DNA from: an uncultured Chloroflexia bacterium
Lineage (GTDB): Bacteria; Chloroflexota; Limnocylindria; Limnocylindrales; CSP1-4
Reading direction: 5' to 3'
DNA: 64,000 bases
Assembly: GCA_963766735.1 (NCBI GenBank)
Contig: CAVYBU010000007.1
Coordinates: 320,001-384,000, forward strand
A program made the position numbers and the translations under genes. Shown piece after piece: positions 62,758-64,000 of this stretch (within the stretch, counting starts at the first letter, position 1; every line of letters begins with the position of its first letter). Below the pieces are notes generated by a model. That model was not told the DNA's origin and did not search any database. It was given only the letters and a program-made list of their open reading frames with translations.

Positions 62758-64000
62758 TCATCCATGCGACGCGCGGGTTCCGGCGAGTGTGACGCTCCGC
62801 CCGGCTCGCGCCATCCGAGCGGCCATGAAGATGAGCGCCGCGGCCGCAAAGGAGAACAGGGCGGCACCCAGGATGCCCACCGCCAGACCCGCGGTCTCGG
62901 ACAGCGGGCCCATGAGCGGCGGGTAGACGATCGACCCGACGATCGCCGCGGAGGCGAGGACGGAGCTCACCATGCTCGTCCGGTCGGGGTACAGGGACCC
63001 GCCGATCGCCATGATCATCGGGTACACGGGTCCGGCGGCCAGGCCCGCGATCGCGAAGCAGGCGATCGCGATCCAGACGGTCGGGGCCACCAGTGACGCG
63101 AGGATGGCGACGCCGAAGACGACCGACCAGGTCGCGGCGAGGACGACCGCTCCGAAGCGATCGGCGAGGTACGACGTGAGCAGTCGGCCGACGGCCACGC
63201 CGCCCCAGAACAGCGACAGGGCCAGGGTCGCAACCTCGATCGGGACGTCGTCCAGGTATCGGACCAGCCAGCCGGTGACGCCCATCTCCGTCGCCACGTA
63301 GCACCCGATCGCGATGGAGAGGAGCAGAACCGGCAGCGGCACGTGGCGCTTTGCCGGGAACGACACCGCGGCCCGCTGCGTCCCCGTCGCGGACTCGACC
63401 GGTCCATGCTGCGTCGGCGGCAGGCGCCGACTCAGCAGCGCCACGGCGATGATCGCAGCACCCGCGGCGGTCGCGGCAACCACCGACTGCCACGGAACGC
63501 CGGCGCCGACCATGCGCCCGATCGTGACCGGACCGGCGAGGGCGCCGACCGCGACCCACAGGTGCAACCTGTTCAGGGCCGCGGCCTGGCGTGTCGGGAA
63601 GAGGTCCATGAACACGGCGTTCATGCCGGAGTCGATGATCCCGAGGCCGAACCCGAACACGAGGAACCCGGCGAGGAAGACGCCCCAGGCACCGGCGGCC
63701 GCCATCACGGCCAGGCCGAGTGCGATGAGAACGGGGCTGCCACCCATGAGCAGGCGCCGGGGCAGGTGGGCAGCGAGCACACCCGACGAGATCGTGCCGC
63801 TCACCCACGCCAGGCTGAACAGGAGGTAGGCCAGCCCCATCGCGGCGTCCGACTTCGAATACTCGGCCTCGATGTCCCGGATGAGCGACGGGGCGAGGAG
63901 CATGCACCAGCCAACCAGGAAGAACGAGGCGTAGCCCGCCCAGACCACGCTCCGGGCGGGCCGAGGGCCACTGGCGGGCAGAGGACTACCGGCGGAGACC
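62758..64000 (-). CDS. MFS transporter (FucP/TsgA-like); frame open to the window edge, so the start is GTG 63948 or lies outside
   Basis: About 12 hydrophobic helices; LNRLH, YVATE, GRLL...LADRFG and PPLMG motifs. Confidence 0.88.
   Translation of the reverse strand, partial: VSAGSPLPASGPRPARSVVWAGYASFFLVGWCMLLAPSLIRDIEAEYSKSDAAMGLAYLLFSLAWVSGTISSGVLAAHLPRRLLMGGSPVLIALGLAVMAAAGAWGVFLAGFLVFGFGLGIIDSGMNAVFMDLFPTRQAAALNRLHLWVAVGALAGPVTIGRMVGAGVPWQSVVAATAAGAAIIAVALLSRRLPPTQHGPVESATGTQRAAVSFPAKRHVPLPVLLLSIAIGCYVATEMGVTGWLVRYLDDVPIEVATLALSLFWGGVAVGRLLTSYLADRFGAVVLAATWSVVFGVAILASLVAPTVWIAIACFAIAGLAAGPVYPMIMAIGGSLYPDRTSMVSSVLASAAIVGSIVYPPLMGPLSETAGLAVGILGAALFSFAAAALIFMAARMARAGRSVTLAGTRASHG

Overview
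GC-rich bacterial chromosomal window with mostly housekeeping genes. Gene style suggests Chloroflexota, possibly Limnocylindria-like (inference only). In order: gatA (5' part) and gatC; a polar amino-acid ABC transporter (the first ~1.9 kb has many single-base insertions, probably sequencing error); ligA; an FMN alpha-hydroxy-acid oxidase; pcrA; groES-groEL with a CIRCE operator; small DUF genes; tatD; a VOC protein; metG; a ~13 kb purine operon (purA-D-B-C-S-Q-L-F-M plus a PurN-PurH fusion); ssb; a divergent second GcvPA/GcvPB pair facing a dimethylglycine/sarcosine-dehydrogenase-like flavoprotein; rsmI; split NAD synthetase; a peptide ABC locus with three family-5 binding proteins; the canonical gcvT-H-PA-PB operon; a NUDIX gene; a DUF2520 gene; acnA; and an MFS transporter. 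I saw no rRNA, tRNA, CRISPR array or mobile element. The strongest leads are: (1) a riboswitch-like attenuator leader of the purine operon that I cannot assign to a known class; (2) the GcvP paralog with rewritten active-site motifs; (3) a circularly permuted and a domain-deleted binding protein; (4) a MetRS with GLHT in place of HIGH. All calls were made by eye, without database searches.
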